A stretch of DNA of 60,661 bases, the filler included, from Bipalium vagum (lineage: Eukaryota): assembly GCA_037834085.1 (NCBI GenBank). It is 3 parts of 3 records of this genome, joined end to end, with 100 filler letters (N's around TTAATTAATTAA, not from the genome) between each part and the next. Parts side by side here need not be neighbours in the genome. Positions count along the whole stretch, not along the records: positions 40,263 to 60,661 come from JBBMKC010254152.1; 2 more parts are not named here. One strand, 5' to 3'. The position numbers and the translations under genes are program-made. Of the stretch, positions 40,163 through 53,700 are shown one piece after another (positions within the stretch are counted from its first letter, which is position 1; each line of letters starts with the position of its first letter). The notes below the pieces were generated by a model that saw only the letters and a program-made list of their open reading frames with translations, was not told where the DNA came from and searched no databases.

Positions 40163-40262
40163 NNNNNNNNNNNNNNNNNNNNNNNNNNNNNNNNNNNNNN
40201 NNNNNNTTAATTAATTAANNNNNNNNNNNNNNNNNNNNNNNNNNNNNNNNNNNNNNNNNNNN
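40163..40262. other. Artificial contig spacer (44 N, TTAATTAATTAA, 44 N)
   Basis: Same structure as the first gap; 12-mer at 40207-40218. Confidence 0.97.
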
Positions 40263-40309
40263 ATTATTATCATCATTATTATTATTAATTAATTAAATTA
40301 TTATTACTA

Positions 40310-40745
40310 CTTAAACCACACATTGTTAATTTCTACGAAGATCCACTGAAAGCAGCCAATCTTCATTGGAAATCCAAACAGCAATTTCAGCTATTCTTCA
40401 TCTTATCAATATAGAACTGGGATTCTGAAGATATCTTTCAATCAGTTTTAAATTCACTATCGAACTGATCTATCATAATTTCGATGAAACTGATTGTGTT
40501 ACTTTGACAGTGCGGAAAGACGTGAACGCTGGAAAAAATCTTTTTTCATAATAGAATTTTTCTGCTATTATTGACATTTTTCAGAAAACTTCGCCCGTTC
40601 CTTTATAATTTAACCTCTATATTTTCTTTACTAACTCAAATTCCATTTTAACAAGACCCAGGATTTGGTTAATGCTTCACTGCCATCATCACTATTTTTC
40701 TCCAAGCTGCCTTCAGAAATAGGGAATGTTAAAATTCTCCATTCA
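40310..40745 (-). mobile_element. Possible Merlin N-terminal relic
   Basis: SIMKKDFFQRSRLS resembles Merlin SIRKGSFFEKSKLS. GC-elevated and stop-ridden. Confidence 0.3.
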
Positions 40746-43640
40746 ATTTATATTTGGTATTTTATTTGATATTTATTACAATTATTAATATTTAATGTCC
40801 CTGTCGGATGTCTGAATATTTATATTATGTTATTATTTATTTGGTGTCAAATTACCGATGTCCAAACCACTAAATGGCATTATTTATTTTGTAATTAGAG
40901 ATTCGGCTTATTTTAGAATACATATTTGTCGTTAATAAGTTTTTCTTCGTTTTATTTTTTTTAAACAAAATTGATTCTTTTTTATTAATATCAAGATAGC
41001 AGTGTCACTAGCCAAAATCTTTTTATTTGTTTTAATGCGAATGAATGAAAGAGGGAAGCAGAAATAGTGGCCACTACGATAAATATATCACAAATAATAA
41101 ATTATATCCAGACAAATGAGGGATAACTCAACAATTAAACAAACAATTCGTTAATTAAACTTATTTTTAAAGTTTTATATCATTATAATTTATTATTTAA
41201 TATTTAATATTTAAATATTTTTTTAATTTATATTACATAAAAATTTTTTTAATATTTTTTTGTTAATTTAACTCGACTTAGTTATGATATTTAATTAAGA
41301 TATTTCACTAATAATTTTTCATAATAAATAAACAAATAATTTTAAAAAATAATTAAAAAAATATTTATTACAAATAATTATAATTAAAAAATAACGGTAA
41401 ATTTTTATGAAATATAATAAATTTCCACTTATTTAAATAAAAATGAAAATAAAGATTACTTTAAAAAATTAATTATTTAACTTTTAAATGTGAAATTAAA
41501 ATTTAAATAAAAAATTCAAAAGAAATTTTTTTCCAAAAAATAACGTTTAATAAATTTTTAATATCCTTTTTAAAAAAAATGAAAGAAATAAAAATGAAAT
41601 GAAATGCAAACATTGATTATTATAAATAATTAATCAGCAAGTTCAATTCCATATTGAGAAATGAAGAGGGAAACCGTTTTACCCCTAAATGATAAGTGCA
41701 ACCAAAATCCGCATATGAATTCAAAAAGGAACAATTAAGCTGTTGTACAAATGAACGATTTATAAACGAGAGGATGGAAATAAATTATTATTTTATTTTT
41801 CTTTTGTGACTCAACCCAGGCTTTCCCAACAAGAAAATAGATTTTCCCTTGCCAAATGCAAAATGACTTAAAATATTATTTAATATATAATTAAAATTCA
41901 TATTGTACGTGTACAGGCGATATTTTGCTACTTTTCAATAACAAAATAAAACTGGAAAAATCGACAAGTCTAACCATCTGACAACTTCAATCAAAAAAGG
42001 AAAGTTAATAATTATTATAGATAATTTAATATAAATCATTATTTGAGAATCAGATTTTGCTGCATTCCTATTGGTCAATATTTCAGAAAATTGAAAATCA
42101 AATTTTATCGGAAAAATGAAACGACTCAAGATAAAGTTTTGAAAAAAATTGTTTTATATTACACATTAATTTATCAATAGCATTAGTTTTATTTTGGAAT
42201 AACTTATTTTATATTATATAATTATATTGAATATTACTGTAATAATAATAAGTTATTGATCCTGAGTTTTGAAAATAATTGGGTATTTTTAATGCAGTAT
42301 TAAAAGTAATTACTTTTCCCAAATAGAAAAAATCAAAATTTTTATAAAAGAAAGAATATTCTTTCAAAATTTCCCGAAAAACTTAAATCAAATCACTTTA
42401 ATTTGACAAAGTTAACAGCAGACTTTTGAGTGGTATCAGATGTCAGATAATTATATAAATTGTAGAATTTCTATTAATATGGCGGCAGTCTTCTTTGATA
42501 TCAACTGGTAAATTATTTTAATGAGAGATCAAATCCTACACTTATTACGTTCTATATTTGATCTCAATCTTTTGTTTTCAATCATTTTAATTTTTCGACT
42601 TGAACAGCAATTCATTTTGTTAATCTTCTCTCAGTCAATCTTCACGGTATTGTCTCAAGTAAACTCTTAGTATTAATTTTATTTATCATCTTCTTATCTT
42701 GACCATTCTTGTTGATCTGATCATTTAGTTTTTCTTAGAACCAACAATTATAACATATTACTTGACAACGATTTGTTTAAGTTATATTCTTGTGTAGTCA
42801 TTTAAAATAATAATATAAGATCAAGGCAATGATAATATATTTCACTAAATCCGATTACTTAGACAAACTTTTCAAACATGGACCTTACTTATTTTTGAAA
42901 ACTAAAATATTTACTTGTAAAAATTTACCAACATTTATTTAAAACATTTATTTAAATATTTAAAAAAATCTAACTTAATAATTTTTAAGAACTTTAAATT
43001 AAAATCATTCAATAATTGTTAATTTAGGCATGAATTTTTAAAAAAAATTCAAGTAAACTAATTGTTCGAACCATTCTTATAGTTTATATGACAATTACTA
43101 CTTTCAACTTTTGCGCATTTTGGTATAAATAGCAACAACCAAATCCAATTGTGTATTATTTAAGATGCATAATCATCACTTGTGAAATATAAACTAATGA
43201 TATAAAAATATAAAAATAATGTTAATTTGTTAACGTAAAATATTTGACTTTATTCATCAAAAAATTATTGCTTTTAAAATTAATAATAAAAATAATAATT
43301 GATCATAATAATAATTTGATTAAATAATTGAAAGATATTTTATTATGCCTAATTCAATAAAACGAATAATTTTTATTAGTATAAATATAAAAAATCATAA
43401 GGGCATAATTTACTATATATAAAAATGTTAGGTGTTTTTTTTTCATACATGAAACTTGTAAATGGAAATAAATTAACAAAAAAAAATTGATAAAATATCT
43501 ATTAAAGGTAAATAAATGAAGTAAAAAAAACTTAACTTTGAGTTTAGTTCTACATGTTAAAAAATAAGATTTAAACAAAATTAAATTCAGTATTCGAATA
43601 TTTTTTAATTTACTTTCAAAACATGTAAGCATTTGAAATC

Positions 43641-43671
<31 letters not shown>

Positions 43672-45864
43672 TCCTCTTTGTGTTTAAATTTTCATTAGAT
43701 TTATCTCAAAAAATTTTTTTTAGTTTTTGACTGAAAACTAAAACAAAATAATTTAACCTAATTTTTTAAAATGAAAATTTTTGTTTTAACGAAAAATTTC
43801 TAAAATCTTTCAGTAAATCAATAATTTTAAAACAAACTATATTTCATTTGAAATCTTATAGATAAAGTGGATATTTATTATTCATTAAATATGAATCATT
43901 TTTTTTATTAAATCTGTGAGAACAATGCAAAAATGATTTTTTTAATCAATAAAAATATTAGATAATTATTTTTATCACTTTTTTAAAACATTCTTTTATC
44001 GTGATTTATTGATTATTAAAATATTACTATTATTAAATGCATATATTTAATCATGTAATCCTTCCAAATCAATAAAAATACATGAAAATCTAAAATTTGT
44101 TAACAATATATAAACAATTAAATATAATTTAAAAATTGATTTTTAAATAAAATAAAATTTTTTAATATAAAAGGAAATTTGAGAATTCAGACGATGTATT
44201 TCAATTGAACTGGTTAGAGTTCTTTAATTTTTAAAAAATTCTTTGAAATTTTATTATTCTTTGAAATTTATTTATTTATATTCAAACGACGAAAAAAAAA
44301 ATTTAGAATTATAAAAACTTTTAACATTATTTTCCAATATATAAGACATGAACAAAATTAGGAACAGTCTTCTCGTTGATTATCAAACCTTTTCATTATT
44401 GTACCTGAAGATAAACCAGGCGTTTTATTTTGATTAAAATTATATTTTTGCTTATTTCTTTATAATCAGATAAAGGCCAAGTGTAAGGTTCACCACGACT
44501 CAATTCAAATAATTACAAACAACAACCTTAAAGAACAGATAAATTTTAAAAACTTTGTTTGAATTTATGAATATTTTTATAGAGAAAATGTCTCAAGTTT
44601 TCTTTCTTACTTGTTATTAATATTTTTAATAATGTTAATTGTCATAATTATATCCTTAATTAAAAGTTTAAACAATAATTAATAAATATTGTTAATTTCG
44701 ATTTATAAGAAATCATTAAATTCAAACATTTATATCAAAAATCAATAAATGAGATAAAAAAACATTGCAATAAACCCCAATAAGAAAATATCAAAAGTAA
44801 TAAATGACTTTCAACTTATCAATCCACTTTAATTAATTATTAATTAACTTTATTAAAAAAAACATTTACAAAGCCAAATGAAAAAATACTTTTTTAAAAT
44901 TGAAAGAAAATATAAAAATATTAAACTTTATATTATAATTATAATATTTAAATTTTACATAAACTTTTTACTTTTATTTGTAAATTTTTTTTAATATTAA
45001 AAAAAATATAAAAATATCTGAAACAAGCCACATAATATTTAAGACCCGTTTTTTAAATAAATTTTTAAAACTGATAATAAAAATTATACAATGAATATAA
45101 AATGATAATTAATAAATTGTTTAAAATACATTTTTATATTCCGCTTTGATTTTATTACAAAACTTGATTATTATTAATAATATTTTAAATAACGCATCTA
45201 ATTAGAATAGAATATTTAATACTCAAATACTTTTTATGGATTGATTCTATCACTTATATAACAAATTAGCAAAATAATAATAAAATATTTTGTAATAATA
45301 TATTGATTTGAATATTACTAAAATCTTATTAATCTAAAAATCTAAGATATTTACCAATATTTTTTTATTACATTCCAAAGGAAAATGCATTGACGAAACA
45401 AGAATTAAAATTGTAAAATGAAACTAAAAATTTACATAATTAAATTCCCTCCAGTGAATTGAATATTTTTGAAGCATAAAATATTTTAATATAGATTTTT
45501 ATTTATTTGCAAAAATTGTTTAAATGGATTATTATTTGAAATGAACAATTTTTGCGATATGATACAATGTTGAAAATGCAGCTCTTCTTTATATATGAAA
45601 TTAATATGAATATATGACGGATTATAAATAAAAAGCTAAAAATGTATTTTCCTTTTTGCAATTAGAGTTGAAATGATAATAACACCCCTAATTACTACCA
45701 ATTTTTCTCACAAAGATTTTTGAATACATCACCTTTATCCAGAAGAATTTATAATCATATTATTATTGTATAAATTAATAATTTCTGATTTCTATGAAAC
45801 TATGATACTTTTCATCATAATGAACTATTTGTTTTATATTTCAATTATTTTTCTTCTGTATTAA

Positions 45865-46320
45865 TATTAGGTCATTTGATATATTGAAAAATGATCTGTG
45901 AAAACTAAGCAGTCGACAAACATCTATAAATGAATCAATTATGTAAAGTAAACTACATTATGAAAGAGAAAAGACAGAATAAGTAAATCAAAATCATTCT
46001 TTTCCACGATAACGCGAGATAATACATTAAAAATCATGAAATTCATCATCAATCTCATAGACCTTGCCATCACAGATTTCTATCTTTTCCGCGTAATGCT
46101 TAACCAAATGAAAGGCGTTATGTTTAATTTAGAGGAGAGCATTAAAGTGATTAATCAATTTCTGGATTAGAGGTTTCAACAAACTGGTGAAAAATAAAAG
46201 ATTGACCTAAATAATAATGGAAATTACATTTTCGATTGATTATTCAACATTATTTGTAAATAAATTTCTTATATATATATATTATTCAAAACCATGAAAA
46301 ATCAAGTTACAACCAAATAG
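45865..46320 (+). mobile_element. Mariner 3' fragment
   Basis: KEKRQNK, IILFHDNAR and DLAITDFYLFR. Right TIR-like end ...GTTACAACCAAATA. Confidence 0.75.
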
Positions 46321-46547
46321 TAATCAATCAATAATTAATTTATCAATTTAAAATAATTAATATAATTAATTAATAAAATAAGAGAATGTCCTAAATAATA
46401 ATGGAAATTACATTATCGATTGATTATTCAATATTATTTGTAAATGTTTTTTTTATAAATATATATTATTCAAAACCATGAAAAATCAAGTTACAACCCA
46501 ATAGTAATCAATCAATATTTAATTTATCAATAAAAAAATAATTAATA
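46206..46547. repeat. Tandem duplication, ~157-nt unit, period 184 (46206-46362 / 46390-46547)
   Basis: Two near-identical copies of CCTAAATAATAATGGAAATTACATT...CCATGAAAAATCAAGTTACAACC.AATAGTAATCAATC. Confidence 0.92.
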
Positions 46548-47929
46548 TTACTTATCCATCCATTTGAGTTTTGATATTTTTTAATTCAATTTGAGAAATT
46601 TTAATCTTTTTGAAATATTTTTACTAGTAGTATAATAATAAAGAATTTCACCAGTTAAAAATGTCCTCATAGTTGATATATAAATATTAGCGTTTATCAC
46701 GATGAAAGATTCCCTTTCTTTTTATTTGTTTAAAATAACACAATTATTCAGCTTGGTATTTAGTTAAGATGCAATTTTTTATTTTCACAGTTGTCAGTCA
46801 AATCTTGCGAGAATGTAGCAGAATAAAAGTGAGTGTCAGATCGAGTCAATATTCAACGATGCTGTGACGAGTGATCTAATTAATGAGCAAAAGATGACGT
46901 TTCAGATTATCATCCCTGTCAGAAAAATAAATTATAAACTTCAAATATTTAATTAATTAATAAAAACTATTATGTCGTTTCACTAAATTGACAGTATAAG
47001 ATGAATTAAAATAATTAATCAAATAAGTCTAATTTAACTGATTTCCTCATCACAAGATCTTCAGCGAATGCAAATAGAACAAAAAATTATTTATTTATTT
47101 ATTTATATTTTTTCTTACTTGTATAACTTATGAATCAAAGAAACCAGTCAAGATATTTTATCCAATTAACTTTATTATTCTGAAATGATATTTTGCTAAA
47201 TACTAAACAGTTTATTTAATTATGACCGACGAATTATCAAGAACCTCATTTCCCTAATTATATTCCATGGACATTGCGAATGTAATTAAGTTATGATATT
47301 TCTTTTAATAATATTTTCTATCACAATAAATTTATACTGTTCCTATAAACAGTGACTAACTTAGATCAATACGAGGTTTTCAAGATATTTCAAAGAAAAA
47401 GGGAATATAACTTAATAAATAATAGAAACAGATCCAATACACTGGTCGTTTATAATTGATCCCTTGTTACAATTCCAATACCATTCAATACCAAACAAGC
47501 CGAAGGAAACTGAACAAATATTTCCATTCTAAACATTTATATATTCTTAAATTGGTTAAAGAAATTATTTTCATTTTATCGTCAAAATGTAACAGAAAGA
47601 AGGAAAATAAAAAAATGATTTCAAAGACATCACATTTCGGCTTGACATTGTACGAGATTGACTATTTCCCCAATAATAAGTAATCAAATGATCAAGGTAT
47701 ACTGGATTATGGAAATAGAAGTAATAAAAATCTGGATCATATTATTGTGAAATGCAACATTTTTTTACTATCGCTTTTTTGCATATTTGGGAGGAAATTG
47801 TGTTCAATTTATGAGTTTTATATAATTAGTTTTGTAATCAAACTTTAATATTTTTGAACATTAGAAAAACATTTCTAGATCAAAAAAATTCATTGTTTTA
47901 ATTGTCAAAATTTAAGCAAAGTAGTCTTC

Positions 47930-48700
47930 CTGAAGGATACAGACCCTGTTGAAATTATATTATGATTATATTTTAGCTTGTACAGTGAGATTTAAGTACG
48001 AGTAATAATTCTTCAGTCTTGAAAAAACGGAGAGTATTGGAGATGTTTGAGAATAACAAATCAATGAAATGAGTTTATGCAAATAAATGACATCATTGCT
48101 TTTGAAAATACCCAGCATCATTATTCATACTCTATCATTTACACAAATCATCGTTGAAGTATTTATTCCAATCCAAATCAAGATTGACCAAAGAATGTGA
48201 TTTAAATGCCTTAAGAACAAATCTGTTGAATACTCTATTTTGATAACTGGAAATCTGAATCAATCGTATCGGGCCAAATCAGAACGATTAGACTGGTTTT
48301 ATTAATCCTTTCACTCACACAATATTCAATTTTTGTGTACAGATTGATTTACTTTTCAGGATTACTTTGAAGAATTTGAATAAAACAAACCAATATAACA
48401 TTCTGCAGTCAATGTAAGTATCTTTTTTTTACGATATGATCATATTTTACACCAACCCCTATTCATTTTGGAAGTGATATTATTTGGTAACATTTCCGAT
48501 TAAAAAATCCCAGCTATTGAATTCTGGGTTTTCCTGATTTTTTGAATATAAACATGAACACAGTGATGCTCACATAGATAATTTAAGCTGACAATTAGTT
48601 CAGAAAATTCATATTTCCATAACCTAACAAATTTTTCCGTAACAGTCACACAACATTTTTTTTCATGTCAGTTTTCGAAACGCTCTGAAGATATTTATTA
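47930..48700 (-). mobile_element. Possible MULE transposase relic
   Basis: PDTIDSDF and VLKAFKSH/LGQS* fragments resemble P..I.TDFE and IKGCRFHLGQSW. Confidence 0.4.
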
Positions 48701-48983
48701 ATATTTTGTATTTTATTTATTTTCCTTTTGGAATTGAAATTAAGTTTTAGTGTTTATCATAATATTGTTGCGAGTATTTTAGAATTTTAGACTTTTATAA
48801 AGTACCTTAATATTTAAAATATTTTTTTATTACATTTAAAATATCATCACATTTTAAAATTTTTATAAAAAAGCACATTATATTAATTTATTGAATATGT
48901 GCAATCTGTATTAGGCTGGTGTTATTAATCCTTTCACTCACACAATATTCAGTTTTCGTGGACAGATTGATTTATTTTTCAGG
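48287..48983. repeat. 74-nt direct repeat (48287-48360 / 48910-48983)
   Basis: 6 mismatches in 74 nt by manual alignment. Confidence 0.92.
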
Positions 48984-49109
48984 CTTTGGTTAAATAAAAA
49001 GTTTTCGTATTTTTAAGAAAAACTTACAGTCGATCTATTATTATCTACAATATATCAACCATTTAAATAAATGACTTTTCACTATCTGGCATGTAATTTG
49101 AAAATTTCA

Positions 49110-49512
49110 CCTTTCAAGATTTTTCGAGATTTATATCGATAAACTCCTCCAGGTGTTTTTGGAAGTCCTCTAAAAACCTGATATTTTTAACTAAGAGAAT
49201 TCTGTAAGGATAAGGAATAAAAATCTGATGATGCCAGATCTGGTTAGTACGCTTGGTGGAACAAAACATTCAATTCAAATTGTAATAACTTTTGTCTGGT
49301 CTGTAAAGAAACAGTCTCAAGTTATCTTGTTGAAAGATTACACCATATTTATTGCTCACTTCTATTCGCTTTTCTTCCATTGCTACCTTCAAATTATTGA
49401 GCTTCATATCGATTAAATATGTATTTCTTATATTTTTAATGATTTAGACTTTCAATTCTTTTTATTTTATCTTGTTTATGTCAATACAAAAAAGACTTTA
49501 CTTAACCCAATA
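49110..49512 (-). mobile_element. Internally deleted mariner relic
   Basis: TIR-like TATTGGGTTAAGTAAAGTC on the minus strand; DLASSDF..SLQNSL. Confidence 0.65.
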
Positions 49513-50202
49513 TTATTATTTTTCAAACAAATAATAAAATATTTAAAAATGTCTCAATTTTTTGAAATGGCTGCTAACAATTGTAATAAATTTATTTTTA
49601 AATTAATTTTTATTCTAAAGATTGTGTCAAATATATGTGATATAATACTTTCTTAAGTTTAAATATAGTCTAATTTATTTTTGTGTTAAGAGGAAAAATA
49701 AAGAAGGTATATATATAATAAAAATAAAGGTTATAATAATAAATAATACAAAATAGAAAATGTGCACATCAAATTATATTTTAAAACAGTTTTAACTATT
49801 AATTAAAAGACTTGAACTGAAATTGAAATCATTTTTTTCAATTGTAATTACTTCTCTTTTAATAACCAAATTAATTAACTCTTTATTCTTCAACACAATT
49901 GCAATTGAAAATCTGGCAAAATAACTTTCATATTTTATCCCCTTAAATAGTCTTATAAAATATTATGAATAAGGATGGAATAAATAGAATAATCTGAATC
50001 GCGACGATTTCATTTTTATTCTCATTTTTCATAATATAATTTCTTTTTGAAAAGTTTTTTATTAAAACCAAATTTATTAGAATTAAAATTATTAATATAA
50101 AATTTATTATATATGAAATGATGTTGTTATATTTTGATATTGTTTTTAATGTACAAAGAAGCAGTTATAACATACGTATATTAATTAAAATAAAATAATA
50201 TA

Positions 50203-50746
50203 CAGTACCTGGCAATAAGTAATAAGCCACCAGAAATATTAAGCATTCATAATTTGTTTCATTATGCTGTTCTTATTAATATACATTATACATAACATTT
50301 CATGGATTTTGTATCAATGAAGTATTATTATCAAATATTTTCATTTTAAAAAATGAGACATTATCGGAAATTATCAGACGAAGTGCGTTTACGAGTCGTA
50401 TTTATGGGCGAAAAAACCGAATTCCTGAAAGAGAAATTGCAAAGAAGTCGAGGAAATGTACAGGTAATTGTGAAGAAGTACAAGGCGACTGGCTCAGTGA
50501 AAGATATCCAGTAGACTGGGCGACCTAGAAAGACGACAAACCGTGAAGGTCGTCTTCTTGTCCGAACATCCCTACAGAATCGATAACTGATTGCCGCTGA
50601 AGTTTATGCATTCGAATGTAAAAATGTTGCTTTGTTATTTAAATAAATTTTTAAGATAAATCTTTGTTTTTTAAATAATAAAAATAACTTAGAATGAAAA
50701 AAATTATATTTGAGAAAGGTGGCTTATTACTTAGTGACAGGTATTG
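50203..50746 (+). mobile_element. 544-nt non-autonomous Tc1-like element with both TIRs and TA target duplication
   Basis: TIRs CAGTACCTGGCAATAAGTAATAAGCCACC / CAATACCTGTCACTAAGTAATAAGCCACC (26/29), with TA on both sides. Retains only the DNA-binding region (MRHYRKLSDEVR...KKYKATGSVKD...GRPRKTT). Confidence 0.92.
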
Positions 50747-50786
50747 TAAGTTGTAATGAATTTCAAGAAATCTTCTATTTCATATT

Positions 50787-53700
50787 TTATGACGTAAAGA
50801 CCAAATAATGTCTCTTTAAACTTTTATATCCTTTTAACAATAAACAATAATTTAATAAATGTATAAATATAAACATTATTTTCATATTATCAATCAAAAA
50901 TAAATTACTGTTATCTGGAAAATTATTTAGATTCTTAGGAGCAGGTGGAGGAGGATACATTGGTGGCGGAGGAATTAGAGCATTACCAAGAATTTGAGAA
51001 TCTGATGACATAAAATGAGAATTTGAAGGATCATTATAAACATCAATGAAAGGACCATAGAAATTTGGAGGATATTTATTAACCAAATTAAAATTATAAT
51101 GCTGACAACCCTTGTATATAATGTTACTACTGGCATATGCTAAAGAATCATTGCGATTTTCATCCAATTTAAACAATGTATTCGGATCTTCCGTAGAGCA
51201 ATTATGTCGAGGAAAAGTCGTTGTACTAGAGTGTGGATCTAATTCCAATGAAAATAAATCTGATGGAGCTCTCTCAAAATATGGAGAAATTGTTTCATAA
51301 TTGTTTAGCAATTTCTGAGACTGGATTTGATTGAAATGCGAGATATCTGCCTTTTTAGATACAGTATCCCCGATTTCTTTATTGGAGCTGACAAGGAGAA
51401 TTTGGCTATGTTTGGGTAAGCGGTGATTTGCTCGTTGTGTTTTACAAATCATGAAAATGATTGCAAAGGTAACAATTGTGCCACAAATAATTCCAGAAAC
51501 AACTACCCATGCCCATTGAAACGCTACTTTGTTGGACGCCTGATAATGAATTGTGATGGGCCGACTTCGAGGACCCTGACCACGACATGAGTCAGCTGAT
51601 AAATAGAGAATATAATGATAATCCATAGATTCTATCTTGAATATAAATTCCAATGTTTTAGCAGGAACCTTTAATAAGAAAATTAATTATCAAAATAAAT
51701 ACAAGTTATTTGTTATTTGTTATTTTATTATTTTTATTCAAAGCATGCAGATTCACGAGATAATGTTTCCAAGAATTAAAATGTCTAGTTAATAAATTAT
51801 TAAGCTAATTCATTAGTCATACACTTTTATGTATAAACTTCATAATGACATGTCTTGGGTACAGGGAAAATGATTTTTATTCATAAAAATGTTTTTGTTT
51901 CAATTAATTTGCACAAAGTTGTAGTAATACTTTCCTAAAAATTAATATTTCAGCTTCAATAGAAAAATTGATTGATGAAATTAATTGACTTTCACACTAT
52001 TACGAATATATATAATATTAACCATGATTAATCATAAAATAAAAACTGTATTGTACAAATATTTACCTAGGAATATTAAAAATTATTATTAATAAAAATA
52101 TAAATATAATATAAAATAATAATCAACTTAAAAATCATCCAGTTATTCTTATTAATCGATTTTAAAATTTGGAAAACCAAAATTATAATAGTGAAATATT
52201 AAATTATGTATAATATAACTGTTGGGATATTATCATCTGTATGGAAATGTATCCAAGAACAGAAGATGAAATAACAAAAGGCCGGTGTATTTAAAAAATC
52301 TATAATAATGAAAAATATAAATAATGATTAATATATTAAATATAAATATATTTTACAAAGTATTATTTTTATACTAAATTTTTTCTTAAAGAAAATGAAA
52401 AATTCAATAGGAATAATAAATTATTTATATTTATGTATGCTTAACAACCACGTATCGCCAATAATAAACATGAACTCTTAATGATGGACATTTATAATTA
52501 TGCAGATTATCTAAGACATTTTACATAATAAAAGAATGATAAGCTATTTTAAAACCCGTTAAAAATCGCTATGTTTATGATTAATAAAAATAATAAATAT
52601 TTATAAATAAATAATAAAATAATAATAATCATTATTAAAGTAATAATATTAATAATACCAAGAGATAAGAAATTAAACTAATTTAATTACAAGTTGCCAT
52701 TATATAAATTGCTACTAAATTATATACTCGTATATATTGTCAAAATAGTTTTGCCGATCAAAAGAAAATATATTAAATAGATATTTATTGCTTCGCATTA
52801 AACGAAGTAGTTTCAATCATTATTAATATACTTTTATGAATGTAAACATTACGTTGGAGTATGACCTCGTTAAAGTATTATTCTCGTTTTATTAATAAAC
52901 GAAAACACGATGGCTGCTTATAGAAATCAAGGAGACATGGTCTCTGATCTTTGAAATATTTTTATAACGTAATAAAAATTTTATTACCATATATATAGAC
53001 TAAATAATGGAAATATTTATATTGATTGGCACAATTAACTATGCCAATGTTTCAGTAAAATATTGGCTCATGAGTTATAAAAAACAGAATAACCCATATT
53101 CGATCTTTATATGACAAATAAACATATAATATAAGTTTTGTCCTAGAAACCTTTTCTGGGCTTTTTAATATAATAAATATATGACAATTAAATAGAAATG
53201 GTAAAAATAAAAATCTTAAAAAGTCGATCACATTTACAGCATTATGAAGACAAAAATATTTGAAATTAAATGTTTTTTTTTGAAAGGAAAACAGTTTTAC
53301 ATAATTTTAAATTTCGATTTGTTTGTTTGAAATGTGAACAAACAATTTTTTTTAAAATTGTTTCTGATAAAAAATTTTAATAAAAAATAAAAATTGATTT
53401 ACGGAGTTTTAACTGGAAATATATTATTATAACTGAAAATAAAATATATGAAAGAGTTACCTAATGAGAAATAAAATATCTTTATCAAATTAGAATCAGT
53501 GTTTCAAATAAAATTCATATGAAATGAAGTCTGACAGATCATGGAAGGTGTTTGTGACATCTTCACGAAAATACTCGACGTGAAAAACTTTTATCAAAAA
53601 AGATTCTTTATTATTAAAATACATTTTGCATATTTGAAATATAATTAATAATTTACTGAATTATTAATAATAATATATATAATAAATATAATCAGACAAT

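Noticed and set aside
43354-43632. AT-rich ORFs (also 23448-23699, 12227-12508, 41935-42129, 47456-47683)
   Set aside because: F/I/K/L/N-biased chance ORFs in very AT-rich DNA, without splice or motif support.
46780-46930. Exon-like island (plus-strand cacag|...|gtgagt; minus-strand DDNLKRHLL resembling Robo YKSLKRHYL)
   Set aside because: Phases fit neither the GLTP exon nor the Robo donor, and the similarity is too short to trust.
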